A stretch of 64,000 nucleotides of DNA from Octopus sinensis. Lineage: Eukaryota. Location: contig NC_043003.1 of NCBI RefSeq assembly GCF_006345805.1, positions 31,620,001 through 31,684,000 of the forward strand, in the 5' to 3' direction. Positions within the stretch are counted from its first letter, which is position 1, and each line of letters begins with the position of its first letter. Under the pieces are notes generated by a model, which was not told the DNA's origin, did not search any database, and worked only from the letters and a program-made list of their open reading frames with translations. A program made the translations under genes and the position numbers. This document shows, piece by piece, positions 38,143 through 52,765 of this stretch.

Positions 38143-38694
38143 GGACAATTATTTATTTATTCACGTTATTCTTTTTATCATAAGTTTTTTTAAAAATTCT
38201 TGTTTGTTGTTTTATATTTTTGAAGCATATCGATGTGTAGGATTTACACACACACGAACACGCACACACACACAGACACACATACACACACACACACGCA
38301 TGTATACGCCAATGCTTCATTATATCCATAATATAATTTACATTACCATTATAATTTTCAACGCATAGAAATTGCGGAGGAATATTTTTTTCATTTGAGG
38401 TTTTGCTTTAATCCTCAGTATATTAAACGAAACATTATTTCGACAATAAGGTGTACTGCACAAATACAAGCAGACTAAGACAGACACACGTATATTATTT
38501 ATTGGAAACTGTACACAAAATTACTCGTTATTCCACTTTCATCGGACCCCATATTCACATATCAGGAATAAAAATATATAGAAATAACATTAAAATTTAT
38601 TCAGGTTACAATAAACGTAGTATAGCCATGGAAAATTGCTTTTGAAAATGGTATTTAATAAATGCATTAATATAATATATATTCTATGTATTTT

Positions 38695-38827
38695 GTGGCT
38701 GAATGGTAAGGAGCTTGCTACCGAACCATATGGTTTCAGGTTCTGTTCCACTGCTTAGCATCTTGGGCAAGTATATTTTACTATAGCTTCGAGCCGACCA
38801 AAGTCTTGTGAGTGAATGTGTAGACGA
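38695..38827 (+). mobile_element. SINE family B
   Basis: gtggctgaatggtaaggagcttgc...cttgggcaagt...gccgaccaaagtcttgtgagtg. Confidence 0.8.
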
Positions 38828-39594
38828 TTTACATATAAATGTACTTCATAGCATGACTTATGCCTAAAAATGCAAAGTTTCTATGGCTTTGATTGCACAT
38901 AGGTTCCTTTCTTAGGTTCCCGAATGAAACGTTTCACCAAACACTCTTAAAAATTACCATTTATAAGGAGGGTTGGAGGGCTGAAATTGTGACACCCACT
39001 ATAATTTCTACTATTGGAACCTAATAAAAATCATGAAAACAATTAAACAGAAATTAATATTTTAGTGGTACAAAGATATAATTACATACATAGTTACACA
39101 TAGACATATTCATATGTGTGTGTGCGCGCGTGTGTGTGTGTATGCAGCAGGAGGTATTTCGGTTTACTTTCAACTTGTCAATGTTCGAGAAATGTGTACA
39201 TCTTTTAGATGGTATGTGTATTCATTGATCGTGTCTATTTGAGTGGGAGTTTATTTCATCGTGTTTAAATGTTTCTCGACACTACGACACGAATTGTAAA
39301 AATAAAGATTTAAATTTTATTTTTACGACATAGCCTATGGCGTATCACATACACATACACGCACAACCCCCCCACACACACATTTACATGTATATATGTA
39401 TGTATATATTTATATGTGCGTGTACATGTATGCGTGTAAACGTGAGATTTTCTCTCCTGTGCGTAAATTAACAACTCGGCTTTCAGAATTTCCTCTATTT
39501 ATTTCTCATCCCACCATCTCTTCTGAGTATTCATGCCTATTACTTAGTACCAATATGCATTACATTTTATCCATCCTCTCTGAGGATGGATAAA

Positions 39595-39639
<45 letters not shown>

Positions 39640-39781
39640 TGTAAACTAACTCAAAAGGCTTTGTATGCTAAGGAGAGGGAACTTCTACGAAGTTATGGAA
39701 TACTGAAATTGATGGGTTGTTCATAATTTTTTTCAGTTTGCGGAGAAACGGCTAAAAATTTTCTCTGTTTATAAATTATAC

Positions 39782-40070
39782 CATGTTACATCTATTATAT
39801 AAAATCCGTTCTGTCTGCCAGTGTGTGTGACTTCTAGGATCTCGGGCGTCTTCCATCCGATATGCAGATACCGACGGAATCAGGGCGGGTATAAGTCTTG
39901 AAAAAATTACAAAAATCGATTCCAGGTGAGAATGCGATCGATAAAGCCATGGGAACGTGCATTTGTACGCGCAAGAACATCAGATGTTGCGATCGATACT
40001 ACGCGTACGCGAGAAAAATGCACGTGCAGTTTGCGCAAAAAAAAGCCGGCTGGCTTGAAATAATGCCACA
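39782..40070 (-). other. CpG-rich island with candidate coding exon 39782-39896
   Basis: dense CpG; minus strand tttttgtaattttttcaag|...ATG GAA GAC GCC...AAC ATG|gtataa encodes LIPALIPSVSAYRMEDARDPRSHTHWQTERILYNRCNM. Confidence 0.3.
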
Positions 40071-40873
40071 AAATGCAGTATATTTAAGAGAACAAAAAAT
40101 GTAAGGTGCAAAAGAAATATTTTCTTTCAAACTTGACATGAAAGAAGGAAAAAATACTTGGTTTCTCAAGAAGTTTTTCTTTTTGCCTTAACTTCGTTTA
40201 ACAAAAACAAAAATGTTATTGAAATAAAGACTTGCTTAATTATTTTTTAATGAAAAGAACTGTTTAAACCATGTTTGTGTTCTCCCAGTCAACAGCCTTA
40301 TCATTACTGGTACTTTAAACTCTTCGGTTGCATATTTGTGTGAATAAAATCGTTTTCCTTTGGAATAGGAAAAAGTCTACCTTTATTTCTTCTTTTGCTG
40401 GTGTCTCAAATTTAGGTTAAATCAGTGTTTCTCAAACGGGAGGCCTATGGGACTCTTGGACAAGTTGTTTTGAGAAAATGTGGTTTAAATGTTTGACTAC
40501 TCAGCACCGTCCATTGGACGGGGGCGTTTTGCTCGTGCTTATATATATATACACGCATACAAATGGTAGTACTTCTGAAGAAAGATAAAACAACTGAACT
40601 CACGCATGATGACTTGAGCAAACGAAGGGAATTGGTAACACGCCTCTACGAGTATCAAAAATAATTATTCTTATCTGGATTTCGTCCCATACTATTCGAG
40701 TCTGAGGTAAATGCCATAAGTTCAATACTGCGGTTCTTAACACTTCGTCAGAAATACTGTTCACGCACGTGATAATTATACTGCATACTACAAGTATAGA
40801 TGATGAAATGAAGTAGTCCAGAATGTAGGGTTTCCATATCTCGGTAATGATTAACTCACACACATATGCACAG

Positions 40874-40931
<58 letters not shown>

Positions 40932-41318
40932 CTCCACACACTCACATATATATGTATGCATGTATCTATGACATATATGTCTGTGTGAGAGACCAACTCA
41001 AATTTAGATGATTTACATGAGTCCACCTTCTGCTAAAAGATAGTTCTAGCAAGAACGATGAGCCCTTTATTCTCAGGATCTTCCTGCTAACTAACCCATA
41101 TCTGGAAAACGAAAAGGACCGACTATTTCGGGTCAGAGTAGGCATGGGAGTATAGGGGTTATGACGTGATTCCACAATCAACAAAACATGGCAGCTCCCG
41201 AACTATGGCCCGTCTACCGGATGTAGATTAAAGGAAGTCCATATTGATATACACATATATACATGTGTATATACATACATATCTACATGCACACATATCT
41301 TTATATACATATACATAC

Positions 41319-41365
<47 letters not shown>

Positions 41366-41637
41366 TTAATAGACAAAATATGCTTTTTTTGTGCTACTAA
41401 TAGTTTCATATTTTGAAAAATACCTCATACATATTTAATAGGCACAAACTACATATGATAACGAACTAAAATTGAATCGTTATTATACGTGGTTTGTACC
41501 TGATGAAGAATTTGGAGGTGTTTTTCTGCATATGAAACTAAAAACATAAAAATCTGTATTGTGACTATTAAATAATATTTATCTCTCGTCATATGGAAAA
41601 CTTCCTTTGTTTATCTCACCAATATGGAACTGTACAT

Positions 41638-41672
<35 letters not shown>

Positions 41673-41699
41673 ATATATTATATATAAATACAGGACTAG

Positions 41700-41849
41700 C
41701 AGGTAATCACTATTTCATTCAACATGTTCCCCTCTCAGTTTCACACGCTTATTGCAGTCGTCCTTCAGTTTTTCTAATCCCTGTGATAGAACATGGAATT
41801 TTGGGCCTCCAACCACGCTTTTCTCGACACCTTTAAAGTCAGGAACTGT

Positions 41850-41850
<1 letters not shown>
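41700..41850 (-). mobile_element. mariner transposase C-terminal relic
   Basis: SQGLEKLKDDCNKRVKLRGEHVE* resembles the mariner C-terminus (G..KL..RW.KCI...G.YVE). Confidence 0.65.
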
Positions 41851-41898
<48 letters not shown>

Positions 41899-42382
41899 TG
41901 CAGACACACAAGAATATACATATATATGTATATATATATAAACACATACGTTTAGATTAATGTTTCTTAATCCGCCTTTAGTTTTTGACTATAAAATTTA
42001 AAATTTCAGTGGCAATAGATCACACTATTTTATTTGATATATAAATGAAGTTTGTGCTTGCTTGTCAGATTTGTGATATTTTGTTTGTGCGCTTGTTTCT
42101 TCACATGTGTGCTCCAATGTCGACGTGTATATCATTTTGTGTGTATGTATATAAACATAAATGCATAATTACATAAAGATATAATGTATGAATATTTATA
42201 TACTCACATATATATATGTATATATACACACATTCATATATACATATACGCCTGTATATAGGTGAATGTGTGTGTATGGGTGTCTGTGTGTGTACATATT
42301 TATGCGAATGTTTTATGTACATATTTACACGTAAATCCAAAGATGCGTATATGTGTTTGTGCTTGCACCTCTCTCTCTTTCC

Positions 42383-42414
<32 letters not shown>

Positions 42415-42473
42415 GTGTGTGTGTATGTGTATATGTATGTGTGTGTGTTTGTGTTTGCGTATATATATATATA

Positions 42474-42525
<52 letters not shown>

Positions 42526-43826
42526 ATAAGTGTGTGTTTGAGTGTGAATGTCAATGTGCATCCGCGTGCGTGAATGTGTGTAACAATTATAAATGTATAT
42601 GTGTTTTGCAATTTCGTTATTATTTAGCTTGAGGCATATATAGTAACTCTAAAGTAAAGAGAAAAAAAATTGTTTTCTTTCTATAAAAGACTACAGGCAG
42701 GAATTGTTTCTACGATTAATAAATTGATATTGCCAAGAGCAATATTATACAAAAGGTTCATGATCTTCAGAGTCGGCTTTCACTTTAGGTCGTAAGAAAA
42801 GATAAATTAATTTAGTCCAAGAAAGAAAATACAGGGAAAATACTGACAAATATATTGTTTATGAAGAAAAGTTCGTTGTCAAGGCACATACCAAAAATCA
42901 TTTTATATTGTAGAACTATCATATTTTAGTTGTATATGAACAGGTTGCTGATGCATTTCGCTGATTGTGAACAAAACCGTGACTAACTAAATGCAATTAG
43001 AATGCTTCTACTGTTCAGTTGTTCATTCTTTGTTTGCAAACCTACGTGCATTGCTACTATTTCTGTAAAATCGTGATATGGGGAAAATGTTGATGTTTCG
43101 GCTTATTGAAACAAACCACTATATTCTTCGTTGGTTTTTAGCTATAAGGCAAAAGCAAAAAAGAGTCAAAAATAAAGAAAAACAAAAATAAAATGAAATA
43201 AATAAAAGAATTAAAACAAAACTATATAACAAAACGTGCAAAAACGGTTCTTATCTCTGCTACGGCTACTATATCTGAACTCTGCTCTCTAGGTTTTCTT
43301 GCAAACCAATACGACTGTGAACATATGCATTCCTGTAATAGGCGTGTGTTTTACTTTGTTCACGTTGTTCCTTTTAGTAACAGAGAGCCTGCCATCAACT
43401 CTGAGGCGAAGTTGAACCAAAGACTATTATGCTTCCAATAAAAAAAAGCTATTTTGTTTTGGTGTGTAACTGTATGGCTTCATTCATGGATTTTTGGTTA
43501 AGAATCTCGCTTTGCAAACACGTGGCCTCTGGTTACGTTCCATTGAATTATATTTTGGGCCTACTATCTGAGAATATAGAACTTTACATCCAGCTATATC
43601 AACGCCAAATATTAGCAGCGGAAACATTGTAAATATTTGCTCTCTATTGAAGATATGAATATATTTAAATATCTAACTTGTCCTTTATTCTTGAGATCTA
43701 TGCAGACATCTGATGAGAACGCTTTTCTTTACAAGAGTGTAATGCTTTCATTGATTAATTAAAGGAGTCGCTCAAAACAGCCGCAATGAATTCACACTTA
43801 TGCATGTATGTTACTCATTCATATTT

Positions 43827-43870
<44 letters not shown>

Positions 43871-43882
43871 TATATATATATT

Positions 43883-43941
<59 letters not shown>

Positions 43942-44684
43942 CACATATATATATATATATAAACGCCAGAGAAATAGTTTGATAAAATTTCATTTGAGAA
44001 TAAGGAAATTTAAATATCACAAGAAATTATTTCATAACTTAAGAAATGTAGATGATTTATATTATATTTGATAATAAATAAATTACATGTGTGTTTCGCC
44101 ATTTTTATGATTCTTTTATTTACTAGATTTTTAGTAATAAATATATCTCTTCTCTTTTATTGTACTGATAGTGTCTAGCAGTTTATTCTTTAATTACATT
44201 GCTAAAATTCTCTTTCACTTAATACACAATCGTTTTATTATTTTATATTGATTTTATTATTATTGTCTTCTATAAACCTATAAATATTGTTGTTGTGTCT
44301 TTGAAACGTTACGTTGAGAATTTAGTATTTAACAAAAAATTTCTTTCACTTGAGGACGTAGCTTAATTTCTGCGTTATTTTGGAAGCTGTTTCTGCAACT
44401 TGCATTATTGCAGACATGTAATTTATTTATTACTAAGTATAATAATATAAATTAGTTACATATTTTTAAGTCATGAGACAATTTGTCGTGATGTTTGAAT
44501 TTTCTTATTGTTAAATAAAATTTCATCAAGCCATTTCTCTGTCATTTATGTCCTTTATACAGCCATCGTTTTACTCTTATATCGTACTGTATATTCTATA
44601 TGCGTTGTAGAATGATACATTAAGGAGCTTTTTTATGAGTACTATCGGATTACTTGACTCCTTATATTGTCTTAAATTTATTCA

Positions 44685-44760
<76 letters not shown>

Positions 44761-44762
44761 AA

Positions 44763-44842
<80 letters not shown>

Positions 44843-46905
44843 GCTCTGTCTGCCTGCCTGCCTGTCTATCTGTCTAATTATCTATCTAAATATCAATATA
44901 TATACAGCAGTCTGTAATCTGCTTTTCCTGGGCACTATCCTACAGCAAATTTGGCGTATAAATACAACGTATGCAATATGTATGTGCGGCCGATAATGTT
45001 TACATTATTAGCGTTGCTTTTAATTCGTGATTCAGTTTTCGTTCACATGCGCTACGGCGCAACACATCAGCAAATAAACTTCAATTTTCTTCTTATAAGT
45101 CACAGAATAGAGAATCACGTCTATTCGAGATGATCCAAGACATGGAATTGATATGTCACAATAATGGCGTATTTACCATGCGCAGTGAATTCGAGGCGAA
45201 TTTTCTCACCTGGTGTGTGGCATTCAGCCGTTCTTTAAGACTCGATGAACTGTAGAGATCTTTTGTGGGCGCTCTCACGCAGCAAATTTGGCGCATAGAC
45301 AAAAGACATACTTGGTATATGCAACTGATAACATTAACACGCACGGACCCCATACTCTCACATAAATTGTTATTAATTCAAACAAGTGGAGATATAGAAT
45401 AAATGATGGGTATCGCATGTGTAGCTGTGTCATGAATTATGTCTCCAGTGGTCGTTGTTATAAAAGCATTTTGTTTTTAAAGAAATAATGTGGCTTAGAA
45501 CACTATCCATAAGCGTACAAATTGATTGGTTAACATCCATGCGGCATGCTCATTTGAAGGTCGGGCGAAATCGCATAAATGCCTTTTTCTTCTTTTGTAT
45601 ATACCGTATGACAGTTTGAAAAGAGTAATATGAATAAAGTATATTTATTCTTTTACTGTGTTTTCTCACCCGTTTAATGTTAGGGTAAATAAATATCGAA
45701 ACTTAACTTTAATTTTAAAATGTAATTGTTTACATAAAAGCGTTATTGTTTAGTATTCTGTCGAATGATAATGTTATCAATTCGTGCTAGTTCACTCATA
45801 TTGAACATGTTAATACATATCCATTATTTGTTAAGAAGGTAGGAGCCTAAATAAGATAACGAATTGTGATGTAAATAAGATAGATGATAGCTGTTACATG
45901 AGTTGTGGCTTTCTTAAGACCGAGTAAAAGCAGACATATCTTATATACTATTACCTTAATTCATAATAGCGAATTGTGTATTACTGATGTTCTTATAGGC
46001 TGTTCAACAGTGATGTGTATTTTTTCATACAGGAGTTTTCATTACTTATTCTTATTTGATCTGTGGTATTGTCTACACATACATAGAGCGGCAAGAGAAG
46101 AAATTTAGAAGATTTGGTTTTCGCGCATATGTCGCTAAGTGGAATTTATATAGTCCTGGGATCTCGTTTTTTTTTACCATACATTGTTAATCACATTCTC
46201 AAAGTGGCTTTTCTTTGTCCAGTGTAAACGTCTCAACAGCAAATGACTTACATTAAATGTTTTGAAGCAAAATATGATGGTTTTTCACAGGAAAAGTTTT
46301 TACATTTAAATTTATGAATTATATCCTCATTAAGAGTATCACAAGTTTCATATTTAAAACGGTTGTATTTTTAACTGTTGGAAACGAGGCCATAGCTAGT
46401 AATTTCACGCTGATAAGCAGCGGTTTTTAAGTATACGTTTTGATGTATAATGCTGATTGCTTCTATGTTTCTTCGGCTGAGTGTTGTAATTAAACATAAG
46501 AGTATTGGGTGTATCTGAACTGTATTTGGTTTTTATTAATTCTTCAGTGTCTATTGCTTGAGTGCGTAGTATTCCATTCTAAATTACAGTAGACAGGTAC
46601 TTTGAAGAAGCGCCTCTTATAATTCAATGATTCTTTCATTTTGAACTTCCGTATTCCAAAAATAGATCGGATGCTTCTAGCAAGGTTGAATGTCTTCAGA
46701 GATTCCAACTTCTCGTCTTGTTGTACACCAACGCACTAAATGGAATAAGCAGATGGGAACAAGAGGAAGCATCTGGGATTTACCCTAACTACCAAGATAA
46801 TATACATATACGCATGCATACATACATACATACATACATACATACATACATACAAACACGTACACACACATATACACACGCGCACACACATACACATATA
46901 TGAAT

Positions 46906-47214
46906 GCGCATGGCTCAATGGTGTGTTTAGATTATCATCGGGTTCAAAATCGTGTAGTGAGTTCCATTCGTAGATCGGGCTCTGTGAGCAGGATACTTTA
47001 TTTCACGTTGCTCCAGTACATTCAGATGTAGAAATGAGTTGTTACAGTGTCAAGCTGTATCGGGCTTTACCATGAGCATGGATAAAATCTGTGATATTGA
47101 CAGGGGCAGCTAGCATGCATGGGCAACTGCTTTTCTTCTATAAACAACCTTGCGGACTTGTGACTCGGAAGGGAATATTCTAGGTACAATCGCATGGTCA
47201 TTAGTAACCGAAAG
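46906..47214 (+). mobile_element. SINE family D, degenerate
   Basis: tttcacgttgctccag, caagctgtatcgg and atgcatgggcaactgc shared with the 36703 copy. Confidence 0.8.
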
Positions 47215-47559
47215 TTTTCCTTACGATTTAAACACACAATTATACACACATGCTAACACCTCACTCTCGCACATATTTAGTAACCAAAAATTATAATGCG
47301 ACTCCCGAATAAAAATATTCCTGCATGATTCTTATTAACCTAATCTAATCATAATGTCGTGCACGAAACTCTCCGCGCTTCAGACCCTTTGCCAATGGAA
47401 AATGAAAACAATTGCAGCCGCACCCCTCTCCCTCTCTCTTTCAACCCCACATACATATAGGGAGAGAAGGAGAGAGAGAGAGAGAGTAAGTCATCTGTAT
47501 ATTACTGGCTCTTGCTTCGATTTTCTTCAATTTATCTTTATCGTCATATATATGTATAT

Positions 47560-48530
47560 ATATATAATTAGAAAGTTGAATAAAGAAATTGATGAAAAAG
47601 ACAGTGATGAAATTTCAGCAAACAATATAGAAATAGCGTTCGGGAAAATATACAATACTCTTTCTAGAAATATTAGAAGCTATGAATACGGTATAAATGA
47701 AACATTACTCTAAAACGAGAGAATAAATTCATCTACTTACTAATCCATACACTCTACAGTGACCAAATCGTACTCCTCAACTTTGGTACCAACTTCCACC
47801 TAAAATTTAAACACGACCAAAACAGGAAGAGTTAAAATCAAAATACTATATCTAAAGATAATAAACCCGAAGGACAAAAATTGAAGACCGACTTCGCTGA
47901 GTATGTAAAAAAAATAGTCCCATTAAATAACAGATATCAAATAGAAATGAAAACCATTGCACGATTTGAAAACGACGATATAAAATCATAATGGCGATGC
48001 ATGTTATATGGTTAGAGAAGAATATAAATGAAATATTAATAATTTGCTTGGGGACAAAATAATCTACGAAAATCAAGAAAGATAACAGATAATGCCAAAC
48101 ATGTAAAAGTAACATTAAACTAATTAATTACAGCATAAATAGAGGATAAGATTGCCATTCTTCTACGCTTTGACGGAGAATTTGCTCTATGAATCTATTC
48201 CACAGCATTACACTGCGTACATAAGACAAAATAGGTGAACGTTTACATAATTTATATAATTCCATGTAAACAGAAGGTAAAGTATGGAAAATATACTTCC
48301 CATCGCAATATAATGCCATGATCAACATGTAAACACACACACATCAAAAAATCAACGGGTAGTTACTGATATGCAAAAAGGAAAAGCGAAACAACTCGTG
48401 ACCTCTATGGCAGGACGCTAATGGCCTAAAAAGCATTGGTGGCAAAATGTACACCAATTTAGCCAATACTACAAGAAACAGTACAGTCTCTAAATATATT
48501 CAATACTTGAAAATAAGGCTATAAAGTTTT
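47560..48530 (+). mobile_element. Highly decayed second PLE fragment (pre-RT region)
   Basis: IVLLNFGTNF; NGDACYMVREEYK*NINNLLGDKIIYE resembles PLE DKG..V.M...Y...LL.D...Y; many stops. Confidence 0.5.
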
Positions 48531-48619
48531 GAAAACTATAAAATAAAAGCATGAGAAAATACATTTTAAATGATAAAAAAAACTTGAACATTGTAATGTA
48601 TTTAATGAAACACATACAT

Positions 48620-48800
48620 ACACACATGCACGCACACACATGCACGCACACACATGCACGCACACACATGCACGCACACACATGCACGCACACACATGCA
48701 CGCACACACATGCACGCACACACATGCACGCACACACATGCACGCACACACATGCACGCACACACATGCACGCACACACATGCACGCACACACATGCACA
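48620..48800. repeat. 14-bp minisatellite (ATGCACGCACACAC)n, about a dozen copies
   Basis: directly visible; gives MHAHTCTHTHARTH repeats. Confidence 0.95.
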
Positions 48801-49863
48801 CACAAGCGCACACATGCACACACAAGCGCACACAAGCACACACAAACAATATGTGAAAGTAACTTGAAACTAAAAATATATAAAATAAGCGTTACATGAA
48901 ATAGTTATTTGATTGAAATTAATAGAGATTTTATAATTATAAATTCTCGGATAATTAATTTGCGAAAACTCCAAAAAGAAAACAAGAACAATCTATTTCA
49001 TATAATATTTTTATAATTATCTAAAATAATTAAAAATTAAATAAAATGAAGAAATAATTTGAGCGATAATTTCGAAATACTAATTAAGACAATTTCAGAT
49101 TTATACTTCCTTCTTCTGTATAATTTAGTCATTCAATATTTACTGATTATTGATTTGTTGGAGAGGCAGCAGATTAAAATCTGTGAATATCTTGAGGGTG
49201 GATATTAGAAACTGCGTCTTACTAGGTTTCTCAGTACTATTATTGATGTAGATGAAGTGCATTCGGTCAAGCGGATAACGATGTTGAGCTCATTCATTTC
49301 GAGTTCTGACAGTTACTATGATTTAGATCTCGAGGGAAATATAATTTTGCAACGTCTAAACATCTGTAATCTTTTGTCATTGTCTGTGTGACCGAAGTAA
49401 ATTAGAGCTTTACTGGGAACTGGCTGACAGTTCTATTGCGGATCAGCCCTTATTGAAGTGATGATGATCAAATGTATTCCGGCTGTGATCAGGCCGTGAT
49501 ATGTTATGTCATGATAAGATATAATATAGAAATATTATGTCTTGAACGACACTATTTTAAAGACTTTACCCAGTGTATACTTCCTCTCGCCTAATAGTTG
49601 TATAGTGTTGTTTATGAGAGATTCACCTCGTATTTATTGCACACACGAAGAGTCTCACACGTTGCCTTGTGCTCACGTCGATGACTTCTCCGCCTGGTTG
49701 ATTACTTATTCTGCAGTGATAATTTGTTTTGTCCTAAAGCCGTGTGTATGACTTACTCAATGCCCATATCCTACGTGAGATTTGTAGAACAACTGGTAAG
49801 GTTGTTTACATTTTCATCGATATATATTTACTTAGTTTCTGTTGGTAATATAGTTGGTAAATT

Positions 49864-50275
49864 AAGGGGACCAGCTGGCGCGATCTTTAGTACGCTGGAC
49901 AAAACTTTTTGCAGCATTCCGTCCGTCCTTACGTTCAGACTCTACCGAGATCGACTTTGCCTTCCATCCTTTCGGGGTCAATAAAATAAGTACCACTTGA
50001 ACGCTGATATGCAACCACAATCCCCATCGAACTTGCTAGCCTTGCGCAAATCTCTGAAATCAATATTCTGGGGAAATGAAGCCGGGGAGATGGCAGGATC
50101 GTAAGCACCTTGGACAAAATGCTTGGCAGCATTTCGTCCTTCTTTACGTTCTCAGTTTATATTTCACCGAGGTTGACTTTGCCGTTTATCCTTTCGGGGT
50201 CGATGATATAAGCATCAATCGTGCACTTGGGTCGATGTAATCGACAAGCTACCCCACGAAAAAGTCCATGTCCTT
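49864..50275 (+). mobile_element. Cluster of family-A SINE copies
   Basis: gatcgactttgccttccatcctttcggggtcaataaaataagtacc; second head at ~50080. Confidence 0.85.
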
Positions 50276-51266
50276 CGCCAATAGTGAAAAAAAAATATCA
50301 CTGGTAAATCAAAGAACGTCAGGGCATTATTTACTCATTTTCGTGCTAACACTGGGTTTTTCTGTGTAAATAATATATTACAACTGTTTCGTTTCAGTAC
50401 ATTCAATTATTTCTTTAAACAGAGTTCGCTTTATTAATCGATTTAGGACAGTTTACAGCAACTTGTGTATAACATGCTTGTCATTGTTCAGTCTTGACCG
50501 AAATAATACCAAGTACTACGGCTAGCGCACAGATATCGAACTACTTCTGTCGGGAAATGTAGCTAAAATACCTTATTCTTTCATTTTGTACTGTATTTAT
50601 AGGACTGTAAGGATCGCTTTTTTGTGCTGACATTTGCAAAAACATATCCAGCTCTCAAGATTTGTAAACAGAGTTGCATGTGTCACATATACCACGGGTT
50701 AACCATCCGTTCTCTATCGATTGGTATATTTCTGACATATACTCCATGATCTATTCTCATAATTTTTCTTAAAACGTTGTAGCTATCTGTGACAAGATAC
50801 AACTTAGTATAACTTTAACTTTCTCTACAGGAAATGAATCAGAGTTAGCGTTGCCTTTACTTACTGTAGCCTGCCCCTTGGCATATCATACACGATTCAG
50901 ACTGTTCCAATGTCCTAGGAGGCGGATATCGCGCATATTATTTTATAACTTAGTGTAATTAATTTTACGCCGATGTATTTGGAGCTGTTTATTACAGGCT
51001 TTCGCTGGGATCCATCAGGTCATATCTACAAACAGTGGCTGGCAGCGCACGAAATAACTATCGATGCTGTGATACCAGCTAAGAGTGTAGAACAAATGAC
51101 CTATGTACTCGTAGGTTACGACTAAATAGTTCATCCCTCAAATCAAACTCAGCGTGAAATAATATCGACTCATAGCTGAAAGAGTGGAGCAAAGTTTTAA
51201 TCATATGTTTACCTACCATTATTAATGCTGTAGGTAAGGGGGCAAGCTGGCAAACTTGTTAGCACA

Positions 51267-51599
51267 ATGTGCGCCAGAGAAGAAAAAAGAGCAATGACTC
51301 GATTCCTCTGGTCTGAAATTGTGTCGGGTACTGAAATTGATCGGAGGCTTTCAAGACAATAAGGAGGATAGTGCACTACGGCGTAGATGTCTCAGTAGTT
51401 TGAGAAGTTCAAAAGTGGCTGGACATGCATGATGCACGAAGAGGGATTAGGACGCACGTGAACCTCTACCACTGACGAGAAGATTCAGCAAGCTCGAAAG
51501 ATAATAATGGTGAACCAGCAAGATATCGTCGATGAGGTAGCTCGTTCTCTGCAGATTTATCCTGGTTCTGAGCTCGGCTTCCATTAAGTCTGTGCATGA
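51267..51599 (+). mobile_element. mariner transposase N-terminal (HTH) relic fused to a SINE-A head
   Basis: MCAREEKRAMTRFLWSE..GTEIDRRL..FEKFKSG..TSTTDEKI..ELGFH*VCA*, multiple stops. Confidence 0.8.
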
Positions 51600-51663
51600 T
51601 GATTTTTTGTACTTCCCCTCGTATATATGTGTGTATGTGTGTGTATGTGTTTGTTTGTAGTGC

Positions 51664-51710
<47 letters not shown>

Positions 51711-51711
<1 letters not shown>

Positions 51712-51902
51712 CTCTTTTACTATTTTACTTGTTTCAGTCATTTGACTGCGGCCATGCTGGAGCACCGCCTTTAGTCGAGCAAATCGACCCCGGGACTTAT
51801 TCTTTGTAAGCCCAGTACTTATTCTATCGGTCTCTTTTGCCGAACCGCTAAGTGACGGGGACGTAAACACACCAGCATCGGTTGTCAAGCAATGCTAGGG
51901 GT
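51711..51902 (-). mobile_element. SINE family E 3' portion
   Basis: ttttacttgtttcagtcatttgactgcggccatgctggagcaccgcc...ccgctaagtgacggggacgtaaacacacc. Confidence 0.85.
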
Positions 51903-51950
51903 CAAACACAGACACACAAACACACACACACACAACACACACACACACAC

Positions 51951-51984
<34 letters not shown>

Positions 51985-51987
<3 letters not shown>

Positions 51988-52141
51988 GACATGCTTCTTT
52001 CAGTTTCCGTCTACCAAATCCACTCCCATTGGTCGGCCCGGGGCTATAGCAGAAGACGCTTGCCCAAGATGCCACGCAGTAGGGCTGAACCAGGAACCAT
52101 GTGGTGGTTAGAGAGCTACTTACCACACAACCACTCCTGCG

Positions 52142-52142
<1 letters not shown>
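51985..52142 (-). mobile_element. SINE family B
   Basis: cttctttcagtttccgtctaccaaatccactc...cttgcccaagatgccacgcagt. Confidence 0.9.
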
Positions 52143-52240
<98 letters not shown>

Positions 52241-52447
52241 ATAAAACAATACTGGGAGGATAAGAAGACGGAACGAAGCGAAAATTCGAACGAACCATGA
52301 CGCGAAGCACTGTCAGACAATAGTGTAATAAATAAAATATATGCATACATACAAACGTATATGTACGTACCGACATCTACATGTATATATACATGCATAT
52401 ATAAATATATATACGTACAGGACACCACAAAAAGAATATATATATAT

Positions 52448-52650
52448 AACGGGAAGGTTTACGAAAATAAACAAAAGACGAAGGCAGGTGGTGTACAAAC
52501 AAACAATTGTATTAGTATGGCGCTCAGGAACAGAAATAAAACAAGTCTTTTACGTTTCGAGCCTACGCTCTTCGACAGAAAGATACACAGAAAAGAAACA
52601 AGGAGAGAAAAAAATGCGTGTAGGAGCTAACGGTCCATCATGGCGTTCTG
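52448..52650 (-). mobile_element. ~200 bp hammerhead-like retroelement (copy 2)
   Basis: minus strand tcttt-CTGTCGA-A-GAGC-GTAG-GCTC-GAAAC-GTA-aaaga. Confidence 0.78.
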
Positions 52651-52684
52651 ATATATATATGTATATATATATATATATATTTAT

Positions 52685-52765
<81 letters not shown>

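Noticed and set aside
40423-40480. CAGTGTTTCTCAAAC hAT-like terminus with a nearby partial inverse
   Set aside because: Too short and degenerate, with no TSD
40563-41240. Coding-like composition (MVVLLKKDKTTELTHDDLSKRRELVTRLYEYQK* and others)
   Set aside because: Stops in all frames and no recognisable family
43711-43740. CTGATGA-GAA-CGCT-TTC
   Set aside because: No downstream GAAA box
49226-49391. Open frame FLSTIIDVDEVHSV resembling the Cys-loop receptor IDVDE motif
   Set aside because: Expected downstream W.D..L.W absent and the frame ends in a stop; insufficient to call a receptor exon
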